A stretch of 62,669 nucleotides of DNA, filler included, from Sphacelaria rigidula (Eukaryota), in the NCBI GenBank assembly GCA_964200075.2. It is 4 parts of 4 records of this genome, joined end to end, with 100 filler letters (N's around TTAATTAATTAA, not from the genome) between each part and the next. Parts side by side here need not be neighbours in the genome. Positions count along the whole stretch, not along the records: positions 1 to 15,594 come from CAXNAA020001678.1; positions 15,695 to 31,287 come from CAXNAA020001679.1; 2 more parts are not named here. The stretch is one strand, 5' to 3'. The translations under genes were made by a program, and so were the position numbers. Below are positions 13,286-26,790 of the stretch, one piece after another. Position 1 is the first letter of the stretch, and every line of letters starts with the position of its first letter. The notes below the pieces were generated by a model, which had not been told where the DNA came from, did not search any database, and worked only from the letters and a program-made list of their open reading frames with translations.

Positions 13286-14063
13286 CCAAGGCAACGTATT
13301 TGTCATCAGCGATAATATTCGGGGACATACAAACATTGAGCGAGTAGTTGTTGAGTGCCGGCAGAATTCCAGATCCGGGTCTTCATACACGTTTCCACGT
13401 TTTTCATAGCACCCGATTCCCTGGAGATGCAGGGAACTTTGGCGCCACCCGCGGCAAGCGGCGTTGCAATGCGTTTTCCCTCAAATCGGTGCCGTATGAC
13501 AACGGCACTTTCGACGTTGTAGAACAGGGTCGATGCCCGAGTGAAACGTCCACCTTCGTCTGGATTAGGATCAGGTTTAGCGTCAGGGTCTAACTAGTTG
13601 TGTTTGTGCAGGAGATTCGGATAGTCATTAGGCACTCGAGGGAACACAACGCTAATACCTCCACCACAGAACCCGAGAAAGGGAAAAAACATCAAGTGAA
13701 ACCGGAGCACTCAAAGCTCCAAAAAAATATGCTGCGATACGAAGGCAAACGTGAGTCATTGCTTGGTATACATTTAATCTGTATTTGTATGGCCGTGTTT
13801 TAAGGTGTGTGGGGTGTTGCGGTGTTTGTGGCGAGTGGAGAGCGAGACGGGGAGGAGAGAGAAAGCCCCTGTGACGTTGGCGGCGGATGACGTGTCCAGA
13901 CGGAGAAGCTCGTCGCGCACGTTGGAAAAAGAGCGCAAACACGCTGGCACACGAATGTTTCATGTCGAAAATTATTGAAACGGATAAAGAGCTTGAACGG
14001 ATAAAAAACCACTTTCTTTTCACGACGTGGGTGCTTGAACCATGCAGCCATGCAGCCGAGCGG

Positions 14064-15105
14064 CCGAGAAAAAAGAGGTCAGACCGAAAACGGCCATTTT
14101 TCGCTCGTTATCCCAGGGAAGCATGAGAGACACGGGAACACGAAAAATCGCGGAAAATGGACAAGAAAATGAGAAACTCGCGCAACCACCTTCGGTTTTG
14201 GACATTTCCGTGATGTGGCCTACGCACGCCGCATCTAACATTTTGTTAGCATATAATTGCTAGTGCTCGACGTGAAAGCGTCCAAAATCGGTCAATGATG
14301 GGGTATAAATAGATCAAAAAGGGTGAATATGGGGTATATTTCTACATAATTTTAGTGATGAAAACGGAAAAAAACGTTCTCTTTTCTTGATTAGCTTCGT
14401 CTGCGCTTCACTAATCCAACGAATCCAATCATAGGATGATCATTAACGCCAAAATACCCGAACGATTGAACGCCCATAGCGACCTCTACTGATGGCATAA
14501 AGGGAGTAAAGGTTATGCTTGTACTTCCTCTGTCTCATAAGTCTGTGCAGTTATGTTCGTATGAGCCCTTAACGATGTCCGATTTGATTTTCGATTTTTT
14601 GGCCGCATTCGTTGGCGTTTTTTTCAGCTAAGAGCAATACTCTTTCTGCAACATGTGTGCTGGTCCCGTGCAGACTCGCGACCGAGAAAAAGTGAGTCGG
14701 TCAAAATTTGGGCTTTTTTTTCGCTTTTTTTCCCAGTGAAGCACAGCAGATCCGGAAATCGCGAAAAATCGTGAAAAAAATGTGAAAACCGTATAACCAC
14801 CACTGATTTGGATATCTCCGTGACGTTTACCTACGCACGCCCGATCTGACAATTTTTCAGCATGTGATCGCTAGTGCTCGACGCACACACGTCCAAAATC
14901 GGTCAACATTGGGGTATAAGTGGACAAAAAAGGGCCAAAATGGGGTATATTTTGACCTAAAATTAGTATTGAAAACAAGGGTTTTTTTCTTTTTCTTTTT
15001 TTTTCTACTTAGATTCGTTTGCGCGTTATCTCTCTAACGAACCCAATTGTAGGATGATCGTCAGCATTGAAATACCCAAACAATCAAGCGTCCATAACTG
15101 CACAG
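14064..15105. repeat. Two diverged direct copies of a ~430-bp unit, period ~620 bp
   Basis: CCTACGCACGCC, GCTAGTGCTCGACG, GTCCAAAATCGGTCAA, GGGGTATAA, ATGGGGTATATT, TAGGATGATC and AAATACCC occur in the same order at 14064-14490 and 14682-15105. Confidence 0.85.
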
Positions 15106-15594
15106 ACTAATGAGACAGAGGAAGTATGTCGCATGCCCAGTTAGATTTTCTGGCACAAAAGATGACGTTCTTCAAAACTCGGTGCGTAGCGTATCGGGAA
15201 AATGTGAAGCGTATCGGGAAAATGTAGAGCACACACCGTCTGGTCAAAAGTCGAGAGCAATCTCTCCTGGTACCCGGGTCAGCTACAACAAACTGCCTGA
15301 TGAGTGTGGGACAATGCCCTTCGTAGAAGTTGCTGAAGGGACCGGAGTTGTTGAAACCCAGCAAAGTCCGGGACGCGCTCTCTCAAAAGTTCCCTCGGAT
15401 AATGACGCCATGCCCACTCGAACAGTGGCTGCTCAGGATCAGGTGTCCATCGTGCCGGACCCGCAAGGCTTAACTAAGACATTCACACACCCGCGGTCGC
15501 CCCGGTGGCTCACGTGGTAACCTCGAAACCTTCCACGGTCAGGACAAATCATCACGACTCAAAATCACCAAATTCACGTATTCTTCGGCCTGAT

Positions 15595-15694
15595 NNNNNN
15601 NNNNNNNNNNNNNNNNNNNNNNNNNNNNNNNNNNNNNNTTAATTAATTAANNNNNNNNNNNNNNNNNNNNNNNNNNNNNNNNNNNNNNNNNNNN
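15595..15694. other. Artificial contig spacer N44-TTAATTAATTAA-N44
   Basis: 100-nt N run with a central linker carrying stops in all six frames. Confidence 0.99.
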
Positions 15695-16780
15695 AGCTCC
15701 AAAAAGACATTTTTCCGGGTTTTTATTTTTTTTGTCTATTATAGGAAGCGGCCTAAACCCTGCTCGATCTCTCTTGGGGGGACTTTTTTCCTGCACCCGT
15801 GGAATGCGCTGGTGTATTCTTCTGCGGTCTTCCACAGAACTAACTAGTAATAAAATGGTTGCCGTTGCATGGTCTTTTTTGTCATTTTATTTTCTTCTTT
15901 GTCAGGGCTTGACATAATGAGACGTCTGGCCCGGGGACGGGGCGGGAGGGTTCCCAAATCAACGTAATTTTTTTCGCTGGTTTTGGCCCTGCGTGTTAAG
16001 GTGAGGGGGGTGCCGACTAAGAAGGTGACTGATTTTAACTGCTGCGCAACTATCAAACTTTAGATGAGAATCTGCCTGCAACCGACAGATCTGCTTCTAT
16101 ACACAGGCCCAGCTCGTACTGCACTGCAGTAACACCAAGTCTGCAATGATGGTATTCGCTCGTGTACAGATAGTACAGGTAAGATTTAAGGAAGCAAACA
16201 ACGAGGCCACCATTTTTGCCTACTACGGTGTTGTGCAGCAGCCACCAACTGGACCACAATATCCACTTTGACTGTGGGTCTGATTAGTGTATGGGCGAGT
16301 TGAAAACACTTCATCCAAGTGCAATGAATCAGCAAACAGTTACAGTGCATGCTGTGCACTCCAGCCACGAGGGCTGGGCATTGAGAGAGCGATGTTTCGA
16401 CGCAAACCCAAGAAGAACGAGCCCAAGAAAAAGGTGTGATGTGAGAGACAATAAAAACTGCTTGATTAATTTCCCACATTCTCGATGAAGGACTTTCAAA
16501 AGCAGCAGAGATGGGGTTACATACTGACGGCAAGAGCAGCAGGATCTTTTCAATTGTCTCACTGCTCTCCACGCGGTGGTAATGTAGTGTTCATGAACGC
16601 ATGAAGTATAGAATAGTGCTGCTCATGTACGGCGTGCACGGAAATTTTCCCGTGCTTGCTGCGACGAGACAATTTGCTTGTCATAGCTCTGCACTCTACA
16701 CTCCAACTGCAGCGGTGTTACTCCCGTTCAATAATATGGAGGCGGTATTTTGGAATGTTAGACCCCCAAACGCAACGCAC

Positions 16781-18530
16781 CCGGCGTCTGATGATGCTGG
16801 AAGTTCACGAATGTGTAGATTGAAGGCGCAGGTAGTTTTTAATGCAAGGTTATCGGCAAACCAAGGCATTCTGTGTGCTGCGTGGCTTGAAAGGATGATT
16901 ATCCACGATGCTGCCCCTTCTTTCGGAACATTTTCCCCTTCTGATGACAATTGTAAGGGGTACAATATCAAACAGGCGCGGAGGCACCGACAGATCCAGT
17001 AGTGTTCACCACTTGGTCGACTAGAACTTTCCCGGATTTCTTTTACTTGATTTGAATGTAAACACCGACATTCGGATATTTAGCGGGGCTGGCAGCCCCA
17101 ACTGCCCCTCGCGTGCGCAGGACGCGTTTTTGTCAAAATCGGCGCCGTTTCGAGGTCTGTCAACGCCACACTTTGCGTAGGGAATGCTTCGCATCCCCTT
17201 CGCCCGAGGGTTCTCGGTATCTCTTGCGTTGGGGTTAGGGGGGAGACTGCATTTGGAGCGGGACAGTTTTGCTCGGTAACCACCAATCAGATCGCTCCAT
17301 TCCGCTTGGGAATCGCCAGGGGAGTAGCCTGAAACCTAGTGTTCGTACGATCTAACTCGTAGCGCGTCCCAACCCAATACAGCGGCATAAATAATACAGT
17401 ATTGTACACCGAACACATTACAGTAGTACGGTACAGTACAGGCGCCTAGTGCACGGCACCAGCAGGAGTGTCGCAGCAACGGGCAGCGGGTTGTTCGTCT
17501 TACCAAAGACGAAACAGTCAGCACACCCATGAAGCTTTCAACAGTGTGCAGCCAGCACTGCGTGCCGACTACCATTGTTTTCTCCAGAGACGAACACAAC
17601 GACAATATCGCAGCTATGCAATCCAAACCGTCTTCGCGATGCGTGAACACACCACAACAGTGCAGACAGTGGAAGCTCCGACACATGAGAGAGGGCTTGA
17701 CTGTTTTTGCTGCGGTACAGTAATGAAACAGGACATGTCCCATGTTTTAGCCCTCGGTCTGATTGTGGAGAGGCTTTCACTTTTGGGCCAGTGCCGAGTT
17801 TGAACACTCGCCCATTGTCGCGCTTCTTGTAATTCACTTTGGGTTACTTCACTTTGGGTTACCCTAATCTGTGTGTGGGAGGTTTGGCTCGTGATGCGGG
17901 CTTAGCACGCTGATTTAATTTAGCAGATTGTGTCCCGGTACATCTTCATTTTGCCGGTTTGGGTTAGGATCAGCGTTACTTGAAAAAATATGTTTCAGAG
18001 AAATTCATTCATCGATCAAGTGGTACACACACCTCGACATATCTTACCAGCATAGTCGTTTAACTCAGCCCGCTTATCGATCGACGCTTGCAGTTGCACA
18101 GATGGTGACCACCGTTCAGGCTTCCTCATATGTTCGAGGCTGCTTCCGTTAGGGTTTATAGGCCGTCTCGCGCAAGACGTGGCCGGTACAGGCAGTACCA
18201 GAGCTTGCGTAGCGAACATCACGATAGGCTGTCACGACGGGGGCGATTGTTCTTGTCTTCCGTCAGAAACAAGCTTCAATTTTTCTCAAAAGGGCTCCGT
18301 GAAAAACTTGAGCTTACACCGAAATCCACCTGATCGACCTCCAGCGGAGTGTTTCACCGTTTCACCTTGTCTCAGAATGCGACAGATATAAACTGGACTC
18401 GTGGATGACGAGTACGGTCTATCTCACCCAGGACTGGGGGTGTATAAATTTCAGCTTCTCACTCAGTATATAGTGTACGGAGCGTATGGGAACGCGACGT
18501 GGACTTGGGGTTGATAGGCCTTGCCGAGGT
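16781..18530 (-). CDS. Candidate spliced gene of unknown function, divergent from the cyclophilin (exon model incomplete)
   Basis: Open segment 16940-16781 (EGENVPKEGAASWIIILSSHAAHRMPWFADNLALKTTCAFNLHIRELPASSDAG) is bounded by catcag and G|gtgcgt. Donor TGG|gtgaga at 18428 and acceptor gacag at 18228 join in frame (ILSEKLKFIHPQSW-PIVMFATQALVLPVP). Another open segment lies at about 17525-17650. No family recognised. Confidence 0.3.
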
Positions 18531-20988
18531 GGGGTTTAGGACAGGAGACGAAGTGATAGATGGTGGGTGCCGGGTGGCAACGCCCAAAGTCAAGAGCATG
18601 ACCACAGCCGTCGTAACACGCCATGCTACATCCACTGGCACAGCGACTATCGCTTAGATGTTTCTCAGTTCGTCCACGCTTGTGGCGAACAAATGCAGAC
18701 AAATGCCACCATCACTTTTACTCCTGGTCCGTGTTAGGGCTGAAAATGCGTGCATCGTTAGCTCAGTATATTCCACCCAACATAAGAGCACATACTACAT
18801 TACAACGAAAACAAATTACCGCAAAAGTTAGCGCCTGGTTCGTACAGTATTGCGAGTTAAGTTCCGAGTATCGCCATCATCCGATCGGCCGCAAGCTTAT
18901 GTTTTGGACGTTTACCTGTTTAGTCCTTCCTTCCCGTTGGTAGCTTGTGATTAGTCGGTGCGATATCACCCCTCCCCCCCGAGAAGGCCGGCAAAACATG
19001 TGTTGGTGTAAACCGCTTCCGGAAATTCGGGTGGGAGATTTTGAAAGCCGTTCGAGCCAACCGACAGCTAGTGTTCTCGAAGGGGAACATAAACGTAGCA
19101 ACCGGGGGGGCACTTGCAAAAGTGTAATACACAACCCAACGCAACCACCACACATGAACCTGAGAGCCCATCTACCCCCTCGAACCAAAAACATACAGCT
19201 CGAGCCATGGTTGTTGATCATCTGAGCACGTCACGCTAGCCTCCGGTCAAACATGCTCAGAGTTCAATGACAAACAATAATTTGTGTCAGATCCCCCCAA
19301 AAAATAAATAAATAAATATGGTCGGTAACGTTACGTTTTCGGTTGAGACTGACACGTACGCGGCCGCCCTCCCTCCGATACTGAGTGGATTTCCGTCGAA
19401 CAACGATGTTGGACCAACGACCACTGCGAGAAACGCCACATATTGGAAGCTGCGGGCACAAACCTGTTTGCAAACTGACTTCACGAACAGATTGCACCTG
19501 TCCCGATAAGGCACGACCCCACGATCATTTCTTCACGATTTTGAAATGAAAGTTGTATCGTAGGAAACGTCGAGGCCGGTTCACGGGGGTCCTAGACTCA
19601 GGGCCTACTGGTACAGTTTTGACAAGAGAAATTCGAGAAATACGCGACTTTTTCCGCAAACACCCTGGACTGCCATCTAATCGGCGAAAGCAGCCAACTA
19701 CGAGTATTTATCTGATCGTGGGGCACAAGGGCCTCAGCTATACCTGTTCCAAAGTTACTTTTTCCCAGATTTGTACCTGAACGTCGGCTCCACCATCTGA
19801 GGCGGAAAGTGCGCCTGATTGTGCCGATTCGCACAAATGGAAAATTGCACCCTCCCCCATGTTCTGCGATCTAACTCAAACCCTGATGTTGACCGAGCCC
19901 TCATTCCCACTGTTACACCTCAGTGTATGTCAGGAGAGCGCACTCGGGGCTGTCTGCTCTGACAGAATACCTCATCAGCCTAGTTGTGTCGGGCAATCTC
20001 GTGTACTGAGGCTGGCAGGGTGTACATCAGGCGTAACGGTATTGTTGGAGAGCGCCATCGTGCTCCAAAATAGGCAGCTAGAGCTATGTGATTTTCGCCG
20101 AAGAATGTGCAGGCGCACATCTACCTGGATGTGTTGTTTGCCCCCTCCCTTTACAGAATAAGGGGTATGCATGGGAGTTTTGAACATGAGCCGGGGCTGA
20201 ATCGAATGTCAGTCTTGTGGGGTACGGGGTTGATGAAGTCGCAGTATTGTTGTATGGCTTGTGCGAGATGCCCACGAATCACCCATACAAGTGTTACTGG
20301 CGGAAGTTAATGCTATCTTCTCCTGTCTGGATATTAATAACAATACGCAGAAAATGTTATTCGTTCCTGATCCACCACTCTGCATCTGTGTATAAACATT
20401 GCTGTAGCTGAAACAGCGTCTTTCAGCAGATGATGAAGCCGTAAGCAGGTTCGCACTCGACACAATATGGTATATTTACGGGTAGAACAGCAAGGCCTTT
20501 CTTTGCAGCAGTCTTGAAATCCATCTTATGTACCTGCGAAATGGGCAGTACGAAGTAGTGCGAGTATGTGTCACGATGACTGGTCGCAAGTCCGGAGGTG
20601 ACGGCGCCTGGAGTGATGAAGAAACATACAAGTCGGATAATGATACTGGGCCCTACACCAGCCCACTCTGAGCTTCATGCCGCCAACGTCTCAGGACAGA
20701 CTCGTCCCAAAATCAAGTGTACCGTACCTCAACACCATTCGTCTTCATCCACATTATTGCCCTCGTCATTTTCCTACATCTGTACGAGGCCTGGGGTGTA
20801 AAGAACAATTCATCGTAATATGTAGCCACCTCTTTTACAGGCCTATAGGAAGTGATGTTCGCCCCGCACACACATGGAAATAGAAAGAAAATGCAGTATT
20901 TTTTCAGCACCCTTGATCGTACCGACCTTCTCGCCCAAGAAAAATGCCCTGAGGAAAACAGCCTTGTCTTGCTTCACGAATAAATTGT

Positions 20989-23900
20989 ATGCAGCGAGCT
21001 TGGGAAGAGGAGGTGGACATAGCAGACAATGACAGCGACGGCGATGGCTTCAAAGACGATGCTGACGACGAGGGTCGAGCAACAGGAGCAGAAGCAGCAG
21101 CAACGCCCAGCGAGGCCTTCTTGTCCCTCCAGAAAGAGCTAGAGGCGAAAGAGACCATCCAGAGAGAGAACGAGGAGCGAGAGAAGAATCGTCAAAAGCT
21201 CGCAACAGAGGCGGCCCAGGCCGCCTTAGAGAAGGTGAAACGAGCCGGAGGAGGGGAGGAGGGGGAAGGGGGGGGGGGGAGCTCAGGAGACAGTGGCAGG
21301 TTTTGGCTGATGCGTAGGTTAGTCAGTTATTTTCTGGACAGCTGTTTTTAATGGTGACTTGAACTCGTGTTTGTTGAGAGTAGTGTCTTCAGACAACGTA
21401 CGCGTTTCTTGTAGCTGTTGTGCAGAACACCTCTCGCAACGGGGGCTGGACATGTGCCGCCATTGACAGGATAGTGGAAGATGCGGACCGGTAGCCAGCG
21501 AAATCGTCGCCCGTAGGACCTACGCGGGAGGGAGGGGTTCGGTATCTCACATGGAAGTTGAATGCAATGTGTATTTTGTGTCGTCGGGATGAATGGGTGC
21601 CGTGATATCACTTGTAGTTCGTTGGGTATATAGCAGCAGCAGTGTGCAGACAGTATGGCCAAGTTCTGTCATGTTTGGCAGCTCGACAGGAAACAGGGGA
21701 GTCCAGGGGCAGCAATCCCCGCGATTGGCACAGACGAGGCAGTTGCAAGCAACTGAAGGCAGTTGTGATCACATACGTTTGACAGCCTGCGTACTGTATA
21801 TACAGCAAAACAAATAAGCAATGGAGAGAGGCATATCTATCCGTACGAGGAGCCGCATCTGTAAAATCTACTTTATTCGTTGTGTGTCCCTTTTTTTTCC
21901 AGGTGTACCTTTGCCCACGTTCTGCACCCAGATGCATGCGTGAGAACACATCGATGCAAGGGCGTCCAGAGCTAGCGTCTCACTTACATAGTCACTCATG
22001 ACGTTACTACAACAATCAGAACACGGGATCCACAAGATCCCCCCCAGGGAGCTTTTTTTTTTTACAGGTCTCGTAGCTCCCCCCCCAACCAATTTCCGGC
22101 GGGCAGATTGGAGGATTTGGTATGGCTGTTCTTGGGCAATGTGGGAGGAAATACTTGTCTATGTGCATCACCTCCCCTCCTGTCCTCTACCCTTCTCCTG
22201 TCTCTGGAATGTGACTGGATCACTGCCTGCTGTCAGGAAGAGAAGCGTAAAGCCAACGCGAAGAATCCTAGGGTGTTCTTGGACATCGAGATAGCGGAGA
22301 CCACGGGGAACGAGAGCCGTCTCAAAAAGGGCAAGAGGGTGGGTCGGATCACACTGGAACTCTTCGATGACATGGTACCGAGGACGGCGGAGAACTTCCG
22401 CGCTCTGTGCACAGGCGAGAAGGTACGGGAGCCTTTTCCTGCCTTCGTCATTTGGTGGTAAAACAGCACAGTTGTTGCGGCCCCGTGTCGCAAGCATGAC
22501 ATACTTGTATGTGGGCGTGCGGCGGGTAAATGTAGCCCAACTTCGTCGTCCACGTACCCCGCCCGAAATTTGTTTGGATTTTTATTTTTCTCGCCGCTTG
22601 ATATTGACAGCTACCGTGGGTGTCTAGCTGCCGGCTGAACGGCCAGTTCCCTCCGATGGCAACTTCGATGTACAGCAAGAACGCTTACTCGTCTTCCTGG
22701 TGGAAAGGCGGTCCATATCTCCTTGTCTCGGTACCACCTCCACCTCCCCCTTCCTCCCCCACGTTTTTTCGGTCCAAGAGTGGGACTCTTCTAAAGTGAC
22801 CGGAATGAAGCTTGGAAGTAGTTCGCGGGCAACTGCAGCAGCCGTAGGAGTGCTTGGCGCAGACAGATATTCGTTTCGTGACCTGATCGTCTTCCTGTCA
22901 CCCTCTCTGTGTTTGTGGGGTGTGGGGAGGAGGTCTCCAGGTAACTACGCAACTCAGCCGACCTATTCTTTGTGTTCGGGGTATAAACATGGGTGCGACT
23001 TCTCTCACTCGCGGTCTACTGTCGGGTATATCTCTAAGAAACAGAGAAGAATGTCATTTCGAGTCCAGCGAAACCAAGAGATTCTCATATCTAGGGTGGA
23101 CGTTAGCGGAGAGATGTCACCACGACTGGCAGCTCCATGAGTTGGAACGTCTAGTACCCTCCGTCCCTCACTGAACTAGAACAAGGAAATTGGAGGATGG
23201 AGGCGTTCTGCCATTTCAAAAATGTATGGGCCCCCTTCCTGAAGGCTCATGTTTTTTTGGTTACCATCACGGCCCGATGAGCTCCTCACGGTGACATCTA
23301 TTTTGTTTGTAGTTTCACATGGTGACTTTTGCTCTGCAGATGTATCCGTTGTTGTCACTCACCCTCCCTCATGGACGTATGCTCTTATGTGCCCCATTTC
23401 TTCGGGCCTTTACTCGGCATTTTTTTTCTTCATTTTTGCCGCGCTACATGATACGGCTTTCTGTTTCGTCTGGTCACGGCGAGGGGGGGGGCGTTCCGGA
23501 GAAGAGTTTCAATAACGTTCTTTGTGTAGTAAAGTCTCTACGAGACGAAGCAACGCCTCCTGTTTTTTTTATACCGGAATAGGGCTGACTTGATTTCCAC
23601 TGAATAATATTAGAGTTTTCTTCAAAAATATTCGCATGCCGAGTGAAGGCCTAACCCCCGCTCAGTTTCCACTGTTTCGGCATTTTCGGGTTCAGAGGTG
23701 TACAGGCAAGCTTTGATTCAATTAGTAGCTCAAATCATTTCACATGAAGTATAAGTATTGACTTACCCGTCGTCCCGAAACGATGCATCTGCCGCTCTTG
23801 TTACATCTTGTTGCAGCCGAGGGGGTCGAGCGGGTTCCCGCTGTGTTACCTTGGAAATATCTTCCACAGGATACGACCAGAGTTTATGGCTCAGGGGGGA

Positions 23901-26677
23901 GATATCACCAGGGAAGATGGAAGGTCCGTCCTTCTATTGTATATAGCAGTCGTGATCCGAATGTGCGTGTGTGTGTTTTTTTCGCCATTTTTGAAGAATT
24001 TTGTGTGAATTCAAGTGAGGCTCGGAACGCTGAGTTAGCTTAGTCCGGGACGACGTCATGTTGGCCTGTCTCACACGCGAGAAAGGTAGTCTCTTGACTG
24101 CTACGGTTGGTTCATTGATCGGTTGGTTGGTTGGTTGAGTCCCAGATTGTGATACATTAATCGATGATCGACAGATCCAGCGGTGGTCATCGTCCACAAT
24201 ATAGACGCATGTACCCAAGGTAAGCACATGGTGAACGTTCGCTGAAGGAAACTCGGTAAATGGGAGAATAAAAAGAGAAAAAAAACTAGAGCAAACGGAG
24301 TAAACTGCACAAACACGAGAGATGAACAAAACATGGAGAGAAAACAGATGGCAAAAAAATAGGAAAAAAAGAAGAGGAAAAATAAAGAGAAAGGGCGGAG
24401 GGGAAGGAAGAAGAAAGAGAGCACGAATGACCGGTGCTGGTGAAATCCATCAAGGAAAACAAGAAGTTCCTGGTGGAAAATCAAAATGGTGACAAGAAAT
24501 TGAAAAAATAAGACAAGAAATATGGGAAGTAATAGACGAGAAATAACAAATGTTCAGCCCTGACAGCATGGCTGCACGCAAAAAAAAAAGCCCGTGCGAG
24601 AGACAAAAGGAAAAGGAAGACCGAATGAAGCTATTCGGGAACCCCATTGCTTCGGCATCAACTGTCACGCATGAGCTAGCTCCACGGGGGTGAGACGCAA
24701 ACACCACTGCGATATAATATTTACAATATTATATACACAATAACGAGAATGAAAAGGGAGAGAGAGGGAGAGAGAGAGAGAGAGGGAGAGAGAGAGAGAG
24801 GGTAACAAAAAGAACAATGAAAAGGCAAAAACGAGCGTCCTATATCTTCATGTTTTTTTTCAAGCTGAGTATGCATGTTGGCTGGAAGCGAACGCATACT
24901 TCGCTCGGGATTATGTGTTTGGGGCCGTGCTGAATCGGGCAACAACGGTGAGAGATTGGACTCTAGAAGGTAGTGCCATTTTTTCTTCAGATCTATGAAC
25001 TTATTCAAACGTCTCTGCGCCTTCGTCTGTGCCACTTTTGGCAGTGGAGGAGAATCCATCTACGGACCGACCTTTGACGATGAGAGCTTCCTCCTGAAGC
25101 ACGACCAAGCAGGACTGCTATCCATGGCCAACTCGGGTGAGTCTTTTGCCTGACCGACCAAAAATGATCGAAGCTTGGTCAGTATATTATCGTCGTTTCT
25201 GTAGAGGATGCCTCGTGGGACACTCTCTGTCCACCCCTTCGCTTGTGGCTTCAGCGCTTGGGCAGGAAGGCCTGTGTGGTTGGCACGAGGTCGTGTGGCT
25301 TAAGACTACCGAGCAACGATGATGTTTTTCGAACGCTTTCGCTGAGAGACATCACACTTCATTTCTTATGAACCATTCGGTACGTTGATGAATGTTGTGT
25401 GGAATGTACTCGTCAGTGCGTGGTATGGCTTCTGGGTCCAAGTGTTCCGCCCTGTCTAGACGGGTTGTCCTGCACACACTGCATGCACCATGGGCAGCTC
25501 GATTTTCCTGTCCCTGTCGTGGTGTACCTTTTTTTGTGGTGCTTTCAACGCCGTGAAGGAGACACGGCGAGGTAATGGATTTGTCGCCTGTACACACCTC
25601 TGGCACCCCTCCCGCCGAATAAGAAGCGCTAGTTCGCTGTTGAATCGTAACTGGCCTGCCATTTTTGCCCCCCTCACCTCCCTAGTGCTCCGTCTCGAAA
25701 GGGATGCGTGGTCAATGGTCAAATGACTAAGGCAAGCAACAAATGAGTACGCCCCCCCCTCACCTCCCTTCGCCCCGCCCAACGTTGATCGCATGTTTCG
25801 CTCCTGCTGGTGTTTCACACCAGGACGCAACAGCAACAGCTCCCAGTTCTTCATTACATTCGCACCGCTGCCCTGGCTGGACGGGAAGCACGTGGTCTTT
25901 GGCAAGGTGAGTGAGCGTGGAGCGATATTCCCTTTTGTGATATCTGTGGTCCTGTCTCTCCCTATGGAAACGACTAAGGCGAGCAACAAATGAGTACGCC
26001 CCCCCCCCCTCCCCTTCAGCATGATCATGAGTACACCCCCCTCCCCTTCAGCCTGGTCCGGCGAAAACCCGGCGTGCTCCGTCCCGGCTTTAAAGGGACG
26101 GACCCCCTACGGGGTTGGCGTCGGTGGACAATGACGGAGTAAAACATGCCACTCACTGCGTAAACTAGGCAACCCGGCTACCGTAGTTTGTTGGTCCATC
26201 GAAAACCCGGCGCGCTCCGTTCTGGCTTTGTAGGGATGCGAGGTCAATGGTCATACGACTACGGCATGCAAGATTATGAGTGACCACCGCCCCCCTCCCC
26301 ACCTGTGCAAGGTGATTGATGGGATGGAAATCGTGAGGCAGATCGAGGACTGCGGGACGTCCTCCGGGGAGCCCACGAGACGCGTTCAGATCGCTGAATG
26401 CGGCCAGATCCAAGACGAACAAGATCGAGAAAACGGAGACGAAACCGACGGGTCTGAACACAGCAAGTCCAACTCACAAGACGATAACAACAAACAAGAT
26501 GGAGGAGGAGAGCACAGGCGCAAGCGCGCCAGAGTAAGGTTTGCAGGTACCACTGGAGGGACTGGCGGCGATAGCGAGGGCGATCGTGGAAAGGTGCCCA
26601 GGAAAAAGGGTGATGGTGCTGATGTCGCTAGTAGTGCTTCGCGGCGTGATGCTGAAACGGGTGATGGAGGTACATAG
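20989..26677 (+). CDS. Cyclophilin-type peptidyl-prolyl cis-trans isomerase, divergent-loop class, with acidic/coiled-coil N-terminus and charged C-terminal tail. Exons 20989-21234, 22237-22422, 23817-23923, 25045-25136, 25824-25906, 26312-26677
   Basis: GT-AG junctions with consistent phases (0,0,2,1,0) assemble [10 protein letters not shown]...[154 protein letters not shown]. The start is uncertain because ATGCAG at 20989 could be an acceptor for further upstream exons. Confidence 0.95.
24104..24715 (-). mobile_element. LINE/SINE 3'-UTR fragment with (AACC)n tail inside cyclophilin intron 3
   Basis: T-rich tract on the minus strand, then GATGACCACCGCTGGATC and a CAACCAACCAACC tail; same layout as 335-700 and 44975-45325. 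Confidence 0.55.
25685..25757 (-). repeat. Short dispersed repeat copy in cyclophilin intron 4
   Basis: Reverse complement of 41-103 and 26791-26861. Confidence 0.9.
25972..26295 (-). repeat. Cluster of partial and longer variants of the short dispersed repeat filling cyclophilin intron 5
   Basis: ACAAATGAGTACGCCCC at 25986, CATGAGTACACCCC at 26026, GAAAACCCGGCG.GCTCCGT twice (26063, 26201), and GGGATGCGAGGTCAATGGTCA at 26233. Confidence 0.75.
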
Positions 26678-26790
26678 CTCGCTGGGATATCGGAGCACTG
26701 CTTCTTCGACAAAGAGCGGTCGTGGGCGCAGGTTACTGCAGGGGTGTAGGTAGGTAGATGTGTGTGGCGGGACGGGTGGGGGTGGGGTGG

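Noticed and set aside
15639-15650. TTAATTAATTAA palindrome repeated three times at regular spacing
   Set aside because: Embedded in N runs; an assembly linker, not biology.
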